Shown: positions 29,121 to 39,362, counted from the first letter of the stretch. The stretch is DNA of 64,000 nucleotides from an uncultured delta proteobacterium (GCA_963716725.1 CAVQUB010000002.1:128001-192000); one strand, 5' to 3'. Program-made: numbers and translations. The notes: generated by a model not told the origin, from the letters alone.

Positions 29121-29702
29121 CTAGTCGGGGGTCGCCTCGGGGTCCACTGGACGGTGGCTCCCTCGCCCACCCACATTGTCCGACTCCGCCAGCAATCGCT
29201 CCAAAATCCGGCCCAGACGGTCCCACCCGTCCCGGGCCCGACGCCCCCGTTGCTCCGCCAACCGGGCCAGAATCAGGCACATCGCCGCGCCCAGCCCTCC
29301 AGCCGCCATGGGCGGCAGCGCCCCCGCCAGGGCCGACGCGCCGTCGTCGGGCAGGCGACGCCCGAGCTCAACCAAAGCCAGCAGAGCCCCGCACGCAAGC
29401 GCGACGCGGGTCGCGCTCTTCGGGACCTCTCGGCTCACATCGAGTTCCCGCGCCACGTCACCGAGCGCCTCGTTCAAGGTGGCCACCGCGGCCTGGCGGC
29501 TCGGCGCCGAGAGCACCTCCGCCGCCGTGCGAGCGAGGGGGCCGTCGGGAGGCAGCTTTGCCAAGAGCCGCTCACGACTCGCCCGGTCCAACCCGTCACT
29601 CGCGACTGCACCGCGTTCGATCAGCGTCACCAGCGCGAGGCGCTTCGCGCTCAGCCAAACGCACGCGGCGGCCACGACGACGGCGAGCGCGAGGGCGACC
29701 AC
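29121..29702 (-). CDS. Three-TM membrane protein resembling a degenerate MotA/TolQ/ExbB subunit
   Basis: N-terminal TM, cytoplasmic helical region, TM hairpin, C-terminal amphipathic helix; canonical PxxGLxGT motif absent; start uncertain. Confidence 0.45.
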   Translation of the reverse strand: MVALALAVVVAAACVWLSAKRLALVTLIERGAVASDGLDRASRERLLAKLPPDGPLARTAAEVLSAPSRQAAVATLNEALGDVARELDVSREVPKSATRVALACGALLALVELGRRLPDDGASALAGALPPMAAGGLGAAMCLILARLAEQRGRRARDGWDRLGRILERLLAESDNVGGRGSHRPVDPEATPD

Positions 29703-29729
29703 GATGCCAAAAACCGGGTCGAATCCAGC

Positions 29730-29966
29730 TCAAAAAGGATCTTGGTAGAGCGCCTTTTCGATCCGGTGCACGAAGGGCTGTCGCAACTCCGCCAGGGTGA
29801 GCTTCGGCTGGATGCGGCTGACGTCGACGGCGGCGATGGGCTTTTGAACCCGGCCGACGATGGTGACCTCGCTGATGGTGACCACTCGGCTCTTGCCCTG
29901 AGCAAGCGCGAGCCCAGGCACCGCGAGCAGCGCGACCACGACTCCGATCTGAATCAGCGTCTTCAT
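29730..29966 (-). CDS. GltF-like small periplasmic protein
   Basis: 78 aa, signal peptide, EVTIVGRVQKP...PF C-terminus; ATGA overlap with the gltE-like gene. Confidence 0.7.
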   Translation of the reverse strand: MKTLIQIGVVVALLAVPGLALAQGKSRVVTISEVTIVGRVQKPIAAVDVSRIQPKLTLAELRQPFVHRIEKALYQDPF

Positions 29967-31381
29967 TTCTTCTCTCCGGCAGCCGGCAGTTTCCCAGTCG
30001 AGGCGGGCGCTTTGGCTCCGCCGGCAGCGGGGGCCGCCGGGGCCGCGGGCGCGGCGGGCTTCGGCGCGGGCTTGCTCTTGGCCTTCTCGGCCTCCTCGAG
30101 CAGCGCCTTCTTGGTCTTGGCTCGGGTGATGAGCTCGTCCGTATCGTCGCGCTCGCCCGCTTTCCCCTTGGGCTTCATCTTCTTGTAGAGCTCGAGCTCG
30201 GTGATCGCCTTGTCGACAGAGGCCTTGGGCGCAACCCCGGGCAGGTTGTCGCTGAACAGATAGAGAAGCCCGAGGTTGTAGTGAACCTGAGCCAACGAGC
30301 TGTCCTTGCTCGCGACCCACTCGAGCTCTTTCTTCGCCTGCTCCGCCTTACCGAGCAGCCGGTAGGCGTCGCCCAGGTTCAGGCGAGCGAGCACGTGGTT
30401 CTTGTCGTACTTGAGCGCGCCCTCCAGCAAATTCGCGGCCTCGAACGCGTTGCCCGCCTCGAGCACGTAGCTGGCGAGCTGGATCCGCGCCTCCACCAAG
30501 TCGGGACGCGTCTCCACGGCGCGCTTGAAGTCGTCGATGGCGCCGGCCTTGTTGTTTTGCTCGCGGTAGATCAGGCCCCGGAGCAGACGCGCCTCGGCGT
30601 TGTTCTTGTCACGCGCCGGGTTCTCCTCGCCGTGACCGTCCAAAATGGCCTTCAGCGTGTAGAGCGCGAGATCGAGTCGACGCTTGCGGTAGTGGTCGCG
30701 CGCGATGGTCACCATCGCTGGCCGGTAGTCCGGGTTCTTCTTGAGCGCCTCTTTCGCGAGCTGCTGCGCCTCGGTCGAATCGCCCTGAATCGACTTCACT
30801 TCGGCCAGCGCCGCCACCACCGCCGCGCTCTTGGGCATCTTCGAGATCTTGCCGTTCAGCAGCGTCTCCGCCTCGCTCGCCTTGCCGTCGCGAGCCAAGA
30901 GCACCGCCAGCGCGTAGATCGCGGGCTCGTAGTCGGAGACGACCGAGATCGCGCTCTTGTAGGCGGAGGCCGCGCCACTCGATTCGTTCAGGCGCTCCTT
31001 CACGACACCGAGGGAGTAAAACGCTTGATAGGCCTGAGCGTCCGCTTCCGCGGCTTTGGTGAACTGCTCACGCGCCGACGCCAGATCTCCCGCCTTGAAA
31101 GCGTCCATGCCGGCCGAGTAGGCCTGGGCCGCCGACGCGTTCATCTTCGGCCGGTTGGCGCCCGACTCGCCGCTGGACGGCGCGTCGGTCACCGCGAACT
31201 GCTGGCCCTGGGGCGAGTAGACCGCGCCCGGCCCGCCATGAGCGGACTGATCGACCTTGCCCACGCCACCGGGGTACTTCGCGTCGGTCTTGTCCTTGCC
31301 GCCGCAGGCGACGCTGCCGAGCGCCAGCATCAGGACCAGGATCGAGCCGATACGACGTTTCATGCTTCGCTCCTGATTCAT
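29963..31381 (-). CDS. GltE (AglT)-like TPR lipoprotein
   Basis: Lipobox SVAC, tandem TPRs, HYNLGLLYLF motif, Pro/Ala/Lys tail. Confidence 0.75.
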   Translation of the reverse strand: MNQERSMKRRIGSILVLMLALGSVACGGKDKTDAKYPGGVGKVDQSAHGGPGAVYSPQGQQFAVTDAPSSGESGANRPKMNASAAQAYSAGMDAFKAGDLASAREQFTKAAEADAQAYQAFYSLGVVKERLNESSGAASAYKSAISVVSDYEPAIYALAVLLARDGKASEAETLLNGKISKMPKSAAVVAALAEVKSIQGDSTEAQQLAKEALKKNPDYRPAMVTIARDHYRKRRLDLALYTLKAILDGHGEENPARDKNNAEARLLRGLIYREQNNKAGAIDDFKRAVETRPDLVEARIQLASYVLEAGNAFEAANLLEGALKYDKNHVLARLNLGDAYRLLGKAEQAKKELEWVASKDSSLAQVHYNLGLLYLFSDNLPGVAPKASVDKAITELELYKKMKPKGKAGERDDTDELITRAKTKKALLEEAEKAKSKPAPKPAAPAAPAAPAAGGAKAPASTGKLPAAGEKK

Positions 31382-34300
31382 TGGGAAAGCACCGGCAGCG
31401 GTCGCGGCATGCCTTCGGCCTCGGGCCGCGTGACCTGCCCCGGGCGCATCTTGAGGAACATGCCCTCGGTGTAGTTGAGGTCCTTCACCTTGGAAGAGAA
31501 CTGCTTCATCTTGGCCTCACCGATCACGTCGGTGAAGAACGCCAGGCGTCGGATGGCGTGGATCACACCGGGGTGCGAGACGTTGTAGCGCCGCGAGAGC
31601 ATGATGGCGTTGCCGTAGCGGTCGACCATGATCTCGTCGGCGCCGTTGATTTCCTTGTCACGCGCGTCGCGCCAGGCCTGCTGCACCTTGACGCGGATGG
31701 CGTCGACCTTCTCTTGCAGGTCGGGGTTGTCGCTCTCCTCGGCCTTCTTGAGCATCGCCTCTTGCTTCTTGTCGAACATCTGAAGCTCGGGCGGACGCAC
31801 GTTGTACAGACCCGTGCGCAGCGAATCGTAGAGCGTGCCTTGCCGTGAGATGGCCACCGTCGAGTATTCGGGGGAGACGTACTTGTCGATGATGGCTTGG
31901 AGTTTGTCGTACCACTGCTTGGCGACGCCGGCCTGCTTGCGGTAGGCCTCGATCACCTGAACCGGGGTGCCCTTGAAGCGGTGGTGGCCCGACTCGTAGT
32001 CGAACTTCTTGGTGATCTCCTGGTCGAGCATCGTGTACTCGCCCTGAGCCGCCATGCTGGCCTCCGGCGATCCGATGGCGCTGTTCTTGCCATCCTTCGC
32101 CGGCGCTACCTTCTTGTAGGCGTCGAAGGCGTCCATGGTGGCCTTCCACCATTTGTTGGTGTCGCCCGCATCCGAAGCCGACTTGGTCTTCGCGACGTTG
32201 TAGGCGGCGTGAACCACGAACTGCGCCGCCTCGGGCTTCTTCCGATTGGCGTCGTAGTAGTTCATCATCGAGTTTTGCGCGTTCTTGCGCGCAGTGGCGT
32301 TGGCCCCGGTGTCCGGGCTGTACTCGTCCCACTTCTTCAGATCGCTGGAGGCGATGATGTAGTCGACCTCCGCGGTCTCCTTGGGTGACGCACCCAGGTT
32401 CTTGAAGCGGTCGCGAGCCTTCTGCATCGCCGACTGATCGCCCAGGCTCGAGTAGAGCGAGAGCGCCTGGCGTGCCGACTCGCGCCGAGCCGTGGGCTGA
32501 AAGTGCTCGATGCTGCTGATCTTGTCGAAGGTCTGCGCGGCCTTCGGGTAGTCGAAGAACAGAACGTAGGAGCCTGCGAGGGCGTCGTAGGCGTCCTTCA
32601 GGAACTTCACGCGCTCTTCGTACTTCTTGGGCTCCGCGAGCACTGGCGGCTTGGCCTTGGTGTCGCCGTTCTTCAGCCGCGCCAGCATGGTGTCGCTGCC
32701 GTACTTCGAGATGAACAGCTCGTACATCTCGATGGCCTTGTCGTACTCACCGACCTGCTTGTAGGCGTAGGCGCCGTTCATCGCGGCTTCCGGCGCCTCG
32801 TCGCGGCCGGGGGCGGCGTCGAGCGCCGTCTTGTAGGCTACGGCGGCGGCGCGCCAGGTCTTCTGCCGCTCGGGGCCGTCCGGCATGGCCCGCGCCTTGT
32901 CGAACAGCTCGGCGGCGTCTTTGTAGGCGAGTCCCTGGCGAATGGGGTTGCGCTTGTCCTCTTCCGCCTTCTTGGTCTCTTCGCTGTAGGCGCAGCTCTT
33001 GCCCTCGGTCAGCTTCTTGCTGGCGGGGTTGTCGCGTTCGAGGAGCGCCATGCTCATCAGCTTGTCCCAGGATTTGTAGCCCCACTCGTTCTTGCCGCAG
33101 TGCTGGTCGTACATGGCCTGGTAGCGCGGCTTCGCTCCCGCGAAGTCGCCGTACACGAAGAAGTACTCGGCGTTCTGGAAGGCGTAGAGCAGACCGTTCT
33201 GCTTCGCATCGCGGTCGAGCGGAACCCTCGCGTTGTACTCGTCACGAGCCTTCACTGCGTCGAGCACCTGGGTCGGCAGCGGGTCTTTGATCACCGTTCG
33301 GGTGTTCGGATCCTCGCCGTTGAAGCGCACTTCGTCGCGCTTGGCCAACCCCTGAGCGCCCTTGGAGTCCTCATGCTTCCGATACTCGTCCTCGAGGACT
33401 TTCTCCGCGATGGTGACCACGTAGTAGCCGGCGGGCTGGAGGTACTTGTCGTCTTCGTTCGAGTCCCGGACGGCGACGGCGGCCTCGCGCGCTCTCTGGA
33501 CCTCGGTGGGGGACGGCGAGCGATTGATGGCGACCTGGAGGACGACCACCCAGTAGCGCGCGTCGGCCAGCCAGAACTTGCTCTCGTAAGCGTCGAGCGC
33601 GTTGGGATCTTGGTTCAGGTAGCCGCCCCACCCGGTCTCCGCCATCCGGTACTCGTCGACGGCTTTCTCGATCTGCGCCTTTTGCTCGGCGGGATTCGTG
33701 AGCTCGAGGGCGCGGTTGTAGAAGATACGGCCGGCGTTGGTGTGATCGGCCGCGGCGCGGCGCAGCCCGCCCTTGACGAGCTGCTCGGCCTGGGCGAGCG
33801 CCTCCGGATCGTCGCGGTTGGCGTCCGTCCAGGGCGTCGCGCCGACGTAAGCGGCGAGCTTGGTGCGGGCCTCGAGGGCCTTGGAGGCAGCCTCGGCCTT
33901 GGCCGGCGAACCCTCGGGCGCGAGCCGGGTGAGCTGGTCGTAGAGGTCGGCGACGCGGTTTTGCATGACCGGCGCGTCGCGATCCATCGGGAACTTCTTG
34001 AGCGTGATCTCCAGGGTCGCGATGGCGTTCCGGTTCTGGGTGATCTCGATGTATTCCTGGGCCAGCGCCTTGTAGATCTCGACGCTCCACTTTTTGTCTT
34101 GGGGGATCAGCGCCGGGTCTTGCACTCGCTGGATGCCGATCGCCATCTTCTCTTCGGCGATCAGCGGGTTCGGCTCGGTGTCGAGCACGTCGTTGCGGGG
34201 GATGTACGGGTTGTCGCCCGGGGGCCCCTCGAAATCGACGTAGGTGAGCGAGCCGGCGATGTAGGTGAACGCCTCTTGCCGGAAGTCAGCCCCCGGATCT

Positions 34301-35595
34301 CCGGTCTTGGCCTCGAGCTCGTCGGCGTGGTGCAGCAGCTTGACGAATTCGTCGACGGCGGTCTTGTAGCGCTGCTGCTTGAAGTAGGTCCAGGCCTGCT
34401 TGTACATCGACACGCCGTAGACCGGCGGCTTCTTGAACTGCATCGAGTGCTGGTAGGCACTGACGGCGCGATTCAAATTGTAGGGGCCGCCCTTGGGGTC
34501 GATCTGGTCGAAGTGGTTGTTGCCGATCTGCCACCAGATTTCGGCCATGTACCGCGGGTCCTCGCCGGGACGCAGATCTTGGGGCAAGGCCTTGCAGTCG
34601 AGCGGGTACGGGTCGCGGAACGTCAGCTCTTCCTCCGCGGTTCCCACGGGCGCGCCCTTGGCCTTGCCCTTGGCTACGGGCTTGGGCGCGGGCTTCTTGG
34701 CGGCTTTGCCCAGCGCGCCGCCGTCGAGGGGGACCGGATGTTTGTTCATCCAGTCGGTCCAGAACTTGTCGTCATGGTCTTGTTCGAGAGGCTGCAGCTC
34801 GATCTTGCCCGCGTCCTTCTTGTCCGGCTTGACCTGATAGCGGTTGTTGCAGACGAGCGCGCGCCAGGCCTGCTGACCTTCATCGAGTTTGGCGGAGTCG
34901 GTGTAGGCGTGCCCGAGGAAGTAGTGGACGGCCGCCATCTCTTCGTACTGCGGGTACTCGTCGATGATGCGGCGGTAGAGCGTGATGGCGGGCTCGAGCC
35001 CGGCCGACAGATCGCCTTCTTGCGCCTCCCTCGCGCGCTCTTCGTAGAGCGCGGCGAGTCGGAACATGCCGTCCGGCGTGGCCGACGGGTGCGCGTTTTC
35101 TCCGCTGTACAGCGCGATGAACGCCTCGAGGCGCTTGATGGCCTCGGCGCGCGCCTCTCGCAGGCCCTTCTTCTCGATGCCGATCTCGCGATCGAGGGTG
35201 TTCAGGATCCGCCGGCGGCGCTCTTCGTAGTGGTGGCGCACGATCATGGTGAGCGTGTCGCGGAACTCCTTGGCGCCCTTCTCGTACTCCTTGGCCTCTT
35301 GCTTCAGGACCTCGTAGGCCTTGAGTTGCCCCGCGCTGGGGGGAGCCGCGGGGGGCGCGCCCTTCTTGATCCGAATGTCCGGCGCCGTCGCGCCGGGGGT
35401 GGTCGGCGTCGCGGCGGCCGCGGAGGCCGCCGGCAACGCGCCGGCGCTGGGCGTGGCGGACGCAGAGGGCGCCGCCGAGCCTGCGGGAGGCGCGGCGGGC
35501 GGGGCGGCGGGCTGGGTGGCGGCCACCGAGGGAATGACCAGGGTCCCGGCCATCGCGCCGAGCAGGAGCCAGTTCCGAGGAGCGCGGCGGATCAC
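31378..35595 (-). CDS. GltD (AgmU)-like large TPR protein
   Basis: 1405 aa, signal peptide, TPDGMFRLAALY, YKQAWTYFK, LRxEA-like motif, many TPRs. Confidence 0.75.
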   Translation of the reverse strand: MIRRAPRNWLLLGAMAGTLVIPSVAATQPAAPPAAPPAGSAAPSASATPSAGALPAASAAAATPTTPGATAPDIRIKKGAPPAAPPSAGQLKAYEVLKQEAKEYEKGAKEFRDTLTMIVRHHYEERRRRILNTLDREIGIEKKGLREARAEAIKRLEAFIALYSGENAHPSATPDGMFRLAALYEERAREAQEGDLSAGLEPAITLYRRIIDEYPQYEEMAAVHYFLGHAYTDSAKLDEGQQAWRALVCNNRYQVKPDKKDAGKIELQPLEQDHDDKFWTDWMNKHPVPLDGGALGKAAKKPAPKPVAKGKAKGAPVGTAEEELTFRDPYPLDCKALPQDLRPGEDPRYMAEIWWQIGNNHFDQIDPKGGPYNLNRAVSAYQHSMQFKKPPVYGVSMYKQAWTYFKQQRYKTAVDEFVKLLHHADELEAKTGDPGADFRQEAFTYIAGSLTYVDFEGPPGDNPYIPRNDVLDTEPNPLIAEEKMAIGIQRVQDPALIPQDKKWSVEIYKALAQEYIEITQNRNAIATLEITLKKFPMDRDAPVMQNRVADLYDQLTRLAPEGSPAKAEAASKALEARTKLAAYVGATPWTDANRDDPEALAQAEQLVKGGLRRAAADHTNAGRIFYNRALELTNPAEQKAQIEKAVDEYRMAETGWGGYLNQDPNALDAYESKFWLADARYWVVVLQVAINRSPSPTEVQRAREAAVAVRDSNEDDKYLQPAGYYVVTIAEKVLEDEYRKHEDSKGAQGLAKRDEVRFNGEDPNTRTVIKDPLPTQVLDAVKARDEYNARVPLDRDAKQNGLLYAFQNAEYFFVYGDFAGAKPRYQAMYDQHCGKNEWGYKSWDKLMSMALLERDNPASKKLTEGKSCAYSEETKKAEEDKRNPIRQGLAYKDAAELFDKARAMPDGPERQKTWRAAAVAYKTALDAAPGRDEAPEAAMNGAYAYKQVGEYDKAIEMYELFISKYGSDTMLARLKNGDTKAKPPVLAEPKKYEERVKFLKDAYDALAGSYVLFFDYPKAAQTFDKISSIEHFQPTARRESARQALSLYSSLGDQSAMQKARDRFKNLGASPKETAEVDYIIASSDLKKWDEYSPDTGANATARKNAQNSMMNYYDANRKKPEAAQFVVHAAYNVAKTKSASDAGDTNKWWKATMDAFDAYKKVAPAKDGKNSAIGSPEASMAAQGEYTMLDQEITKKFDYESGHHRFKGTPVQVIEAYRKQAGVAKQWYDKLQAIIDKYVSPEYSTVAISRQGTLYDSLRTGLYNVRPPELQMFDKKQEAMLKKAEESDNPDLQEKVDAIRVKVQQAWRDARDKEINGADEIMVDRYGNAIMLSRRYNVSHPGVIHAIRRLAFFTDVIGEAKMKQFSSKVKDLNYTEGMFLKMRPGQVTRPEAEGMPRPLPVLSQ

Positions 35596-38054
35596 AGCTC
35601 ACCTCCGGCGTCGTCGAGCACTTCTCTCAACTCGTCATTGAGGTTCTGCTCTTCGCGCGCGCGCTCCCGTTGCAGATTTCGGACACGCATCAGCTGCTCT
35701 TCTCGCACTTCCCAGGCATGTTGGACGATGCCGACGTCCGCTCGAAGCACGATGCTCTTGAGCCGGTCGCGCACCAGGGCGAAATTCTTCATGGCGAGCT
35801 CACCCACGAGCAGCCGAGCCTGCTCGTCGAGCTCGTCGAGGTTGGCCGCGAACTTTTCGAGGGCGGCGGCCTCTTTGTCGACCTGCTCGCGCAGGGTCTG
35901 GGCCTGAACGTCGGCCTCGCGTTCGAGCCTGGCTTTGGTCTTCTCCAGGGTGTCGTCGACGGTGTCGGCCCGACGCAGGATTGGCCTGATCTGCCGGGCG
36001 TAGTCGGCCGCCCCAGAATCGCCGCCGGCAGCGACCAGCTCCACCTCGCGATTGAAGACCTCGCGGAAGCGTCGCCGAACCCGATCGTCCTCGACATAGC
36101 GCTGATCGCCGAAGCCGACCTGCACGCGACCCATCTCCACGACCTCGCGGTACTCCGTGATTCGCTTCTTGTAGGCCGCGAGGTCTCGCTCGTTCGCGGC
36201 GATCTCGGCCTGGAAGCGCTGGCGGCTCGTGGGGTCGCTGGTGACACCGAATTTGTCGGCGTCCTTCAGCACGCGCTTGAGACCGTTCACGATGGCGTGC
36301 AGCTTGTCCGACTCGAGCTCGAGTTGCTGCAGCCGCTGGCTGACCGTGTTCCACTGCTTCTCGCCGGAGGACTCACGTCTCGCGAAGTCACCCGAGCTCA
36401 CGGGCAGCTGCTCCATGCGCCGCATCAACGCGCGGCGTTCGGCGCGCACCTTCTCGAGCTCGCCGCTGACGCTGCCGGCCTCGTCGTCCATGCCCGCCGC
36501 CAAGGTCCGCCGCGCTTGTCCGGACTTGTTGAGCAAGCCGAGCGCTTGCTCCATCGCCGCGACAAGCTCCGGAAATGCCCGCATGCGGGTGCCCGCGCCG
36601 AGCACCGCGTTGAGCTTCGTCACCAGGCGTTTGGACTTGCGGATCAGGTCGCGGGAAGCAGTGACGTCGTCGATGACGCCGAAGGCGCGATCGTTCTCCG
36701 CCTCTTCTCGCGCCCACTGGATCACGACCGGCGACAGGCCGCCCTTTTCGGTGCCGAGCTGCTCTCCCACGAGCTTGTCGTAATAAGCGGCGGGATCTTG
36801 AGTATCGGCGAGGAAGGTCGCGACCTGCTCGCGGATGGGGTCGAAGCGGCTGCGCACGCTCTTGTAGAGAGTGAGTGCCTTGTCGAACTGCCCGGAGCGA
36901 AGCATCAGGTCGGCACGCAGCAGCGAACCGTCGGCGAACCTCAGGTTCTCGGGATCGGTCACGGTCAAGACTTCGAGCGCGCGCTGCGCGCGCTGGTAGT
37001 CGCCGAGTCGAACGTAGACCCACGCGAGCTCGTAGAGCATGCCCGAGAACTCGGGGCTCTTGCGATCGACGTGGCTGTAGGCGTCGGCAGCGTCGAGGAA
37101 GTTGTCGGTCTCGTAGAACAACCGCCCCACTGCCATCCAGGCCAAGTCGATCACGTGGCGCTGCGCGTCAGTCTCGGCCTTCATGCGGGTCACGCGGCGG
37201 AACTGCTCGATGGCCGCGGCGTAGCGCGCGGTGGGCACCGCCTCCACCGTGCCCTTGGTGACGATGCTGGCCGTCTCTTTGTCGACCTTCTCGGTCGCCT
37301 CGTCGACCACGGGCGTGGCCTGTTTCACGAGGATGACGCCCAGAAGGTACTGAGCCTGCAGACCCCAGGCGCCGGTGGTGGACACGTTGCCGATGGACGC
37401 CTTCGCTCCGTCGTAGTCCTTCTTTGCAAAAAGCGCCTTGCCACGGGCGTAGGGCAGGGAACCGGTGCTGTCCGAGGTGGGGAGTGAGGACAGCTTCGCA
37501 AAGACCTCGTCCAGGATCTCGAAGTTCTGCGTGCGCAGGGACACGTCCACCAGGCGGCCGACGGCGCGCCCGGCGTAGCTGTCGAAGGGACTCACCGAGG
37601 CCTTCTCGAGGATCTCGCGGTAGGCGCGGCGAGCCGAGAGGAACTGCTTGGTCTGAAAGTAGCATTCGCCGAGATAAAAGAGCGCGTCCGCCTGAGACGC
37701 CGAGTCGGCGCGACCCTGCCGACCGAGCTCGACGACCTGGGAGAACACCTCGATGGCCCGAGCGTAGTCCTTGTTGCGGAAGAGGATGTCGCCCGCGGCG
37801 ATGCGCTGCGCCGGTGTCAGCTTCTGTTTGGTCGCTCGCGCGGCGGCCTTCTGCACGTTTCCGAGGCCGCCCTCGACGCCGGCGATGGCCGATTCGGCGT
37901 TCGCTCGGGCCTCTGCGGCGCTCACGGCATTCGCTGGCGCCGTGAACGCGAGGCCCACCAGGGCTGCTCCCAGAGCGATGAAGCGGGGCGAGCCGGCGCC
38001 CAGCAAGGAGAGCCAGCCGGCGCGCGGCGAAGCTCCGAGTCCGATCTGCATCAC
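35592..38054 (-). CDS. GltC-like TPR/coiled-coil protein
   Basis: DLAWMAVGRLFYE, YSHVDRKSPEF..LYELAW, C-terminal RADVGIVQHAW and coiled coil. Confidence 0.72.
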   Translation of the reverse strand: MMQIGLGASPRAGWLSLLGAGSPRFIALGAALVGLAFTAPANAVSAAEARANAESAIAGVEGGLGNVQKAAARATKQKLTPAQRIAAGDILFRNKDYARAIEVFSQVVELGRQGRADSASQADALFYLGECYFQTKQFLSARRAYREILEKASVSPFDSYAGRAVGRLVDVSLRTQNFEILDEVFAKLSSLPTSDSTGSLPYARGKALFAKKDYDGAKASIGNVSTTGAWGLQAQYLLGVILVKQATPVVDEATEKVDKETASIVTKGTVEAVPTARYAAAIEQFRRVTRMKAETDAQRHVIDLAWMAVGRLFYETDNFLDAADAYSHVDRKSPEFSGMLYELAWVYVRLGDYQRAQRALEVLTVTDPENLRFADGSLLRADLMLRSGQFDKALTLYKSVRSRFDPIREQVATFLADTQDPAAYYDKLVGEQLGTEKGGLSPVVIQWAREEAENDRAFGVIDDVTASRDLIRKSKRLVTKLNAVLGAGTRMRAFPELVAAMEQALGLLNKSGQARRTLAAGMDDEAGSVSGELEKVRAERRALMRRMEQLPVSSGDFARRESSGEKQWNTVSQRLQQLELESDKLHAIVNGLKRVLKDADKFGVTSDPTSRQRFQAEIAANERDLAAYKKRITEYREVVEMGRVQVGFGDQRYVEDDRVRRRFREVFNREVELVAAGGDSGAADYARQIRPILRRADTVDDTLEKTKARLEREADVQAQTLREQVDKEAAALEKFAANLDELDEQARLLVGELAMKNFALVRDRLKSIVLRADVGIVQHAWEVREEQLMRVRNLQRERAREEQNLNDELREVLDDAGGEL

Positions 38055-38959
38055 TTCCCCCCGGAGCCGAACGAGAACGAGCCGGACAGCCCGGACTTCT
38101 GATTGCTGCCGCTACCCGACGAGCCCGAAGAACCGCCGCCCGTCCGAACCTTCTCGACGAAGCGCACCGCGGGACGCTGCTCCACTGGAGTGGTCACGCC
38201 GCCTTTCTCGTAGGAGATGGCCTCGAGCTCCATGGTCTTGCCTTCGGTGACGGTGAACGAGTGCGACGACTTCACCTCGAAGCGGTAGCCGCGCAGGTAG
38301 GAGAAAACCCCGTAGCCGTGCCCTTGGAACTGCAGCAATACCTGCAGCGTGTGGTCCCCCGGCGGGACCGAGCCGGCGAAGATCGGGATCTCTTTTTGCG
38401 CCGCCAATGCGCCAGTGTCGTCCTGCTTGTTGTACTGAACGGCGCCGTCGAGCACGAAGAGCGCGCGGTTGAGTCGGAAGACGCTACTCATGTCGTTGGA
38501 GTATTTGATCTCCGCACGGGCGCCGCCCACCCCGCCGGACAGGATCGTCTCGCTGAGCAGGCTCAGGCGAGTGTGGCTGCGTCGGATTTGCTCCTTGAGC
38601 TCGTCGACGCGCGCCTCGAGCTCGCGCAAGCGAACTTGGTAGGTCGGGCCGTCCATCTGGCCGCTGGGCGTGGTCGGAGTTGCCTTGGGGTCCGCGGCGG
38701 CGTCCGGCTTCTTCTCTGGTTCCGCCGGCTTGGCGACATCCGCGGGCTTGGCAGCCTCCGCGGGCTTGGCGACCTCCGCGGGCTTGGCAGCCTCCTTCTT
38801 GGGATCCGCCTTTCCCTCGTCCGCCTTCTTCGGATCCGCCTTGTCGGCGGGCTTCGTGTCGGCGCCAGCCGCGGGGGCGGCGGTGCCCTGAGCCGCGGCC
38901 GGGGAAGCGAACGTCAGCGCCGCGATCAGCGGCAGCGCAAATGCCTTCAAGAGTTGCAT
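38051..38959 (-). CDS. Secreted hypothetical protein (Pro/Ala/Lys linker, coiled coil, beta-rich domain); first gene of the Glt-like operon
   Basis: Signal peptide, RLRELEARVDELKEQI coiled coil, GHGYGVFSYLRGYRF motif. Confidence 0.75.
   Translation of the reverse strand: MQLLKAFALPLIAALTFASPAAAQGTAAPAAGADTKPADKADPKKADEGKADPKKEAAKPAEVAKPAEAAKPADVAKPAEPEKKPDAAADPKATPTTPSGQMDGPTYQVRLRELEARVDELKEQIRRSHTRLSLLSETILSGGVGGARAEIKYSNDMSSVFRLNRALFVLDGAVQYNKQDDTGALAAQKEIPIFAGSVPPGDHTLQVLLQFQGHGYGVFSYLRGYRFEVKSSHSFTVTEGKTMELEAISYEKGGVTTPVEQRPAVRFVEKVRTGGGSSGSSGSGSNQKSGLSGSFSFGSGGK
38721..38792. repeat. Four 18-bp coding tandem repeats (AKPAE/D linker)
   Basis: TCCGCSGGCTTGGCRRCM x4. Confidence 0.85.
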
Positions 38960-39362
38960 CGGTGTCCCTCTGTCGAGTGGTGAGACGGCAGGTGAGGCCT
39001 GTTCGGATCAACGTCGCTGTCCATCAGTGGACACAGTTCGGCGAGGCCCTCGAGGCTCCACCCCGGCTCGGCGGTAACGCCCTCTTATGTTCGGGATCCG
39101 GCTGGGGTGCAACAGTCCCGGCACTTCGACCGCGGGGGCCGGGGCCCCCGGGCCGCCTGGCCTTCGGCCGGACGCTGGCGCCGCGGCGCGCCCCGCGCCG
39201 GACCGGGCCTTGCGGCGGCGCGCTTCGGGGAGTTAGAGCTTCTGCGAAGTGATGCAAGAATGCCGGGCCTCCGGCGTTTCGAGCCGCCGAAGATCGAATC
39301 TCGTGCTGGCACGTCCGACAAATCCAAGGGTCCCGGAGTGTTTCCGAGAACCGTCAGGAACA

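Noticed and set aside
32503..35907. 1134-aa plus-strand ORF
   Set aside because: Antisense shadow of the GltD-like gene caused by GC3 codon bias; no recognisable motifs
38721..38792. 18-bp tandem repeats as a mobile or regulatory array
   Set aside because: They encode an ordinary Pro/Ala/Lys linker
38975..39012. ECF promoter for the Glt-like operon (GAAC...CGTC on the minus strand)
   Set aside because: The 13-nt spacer is too short compared with the 16-nt spacer upstream of the sigma gene
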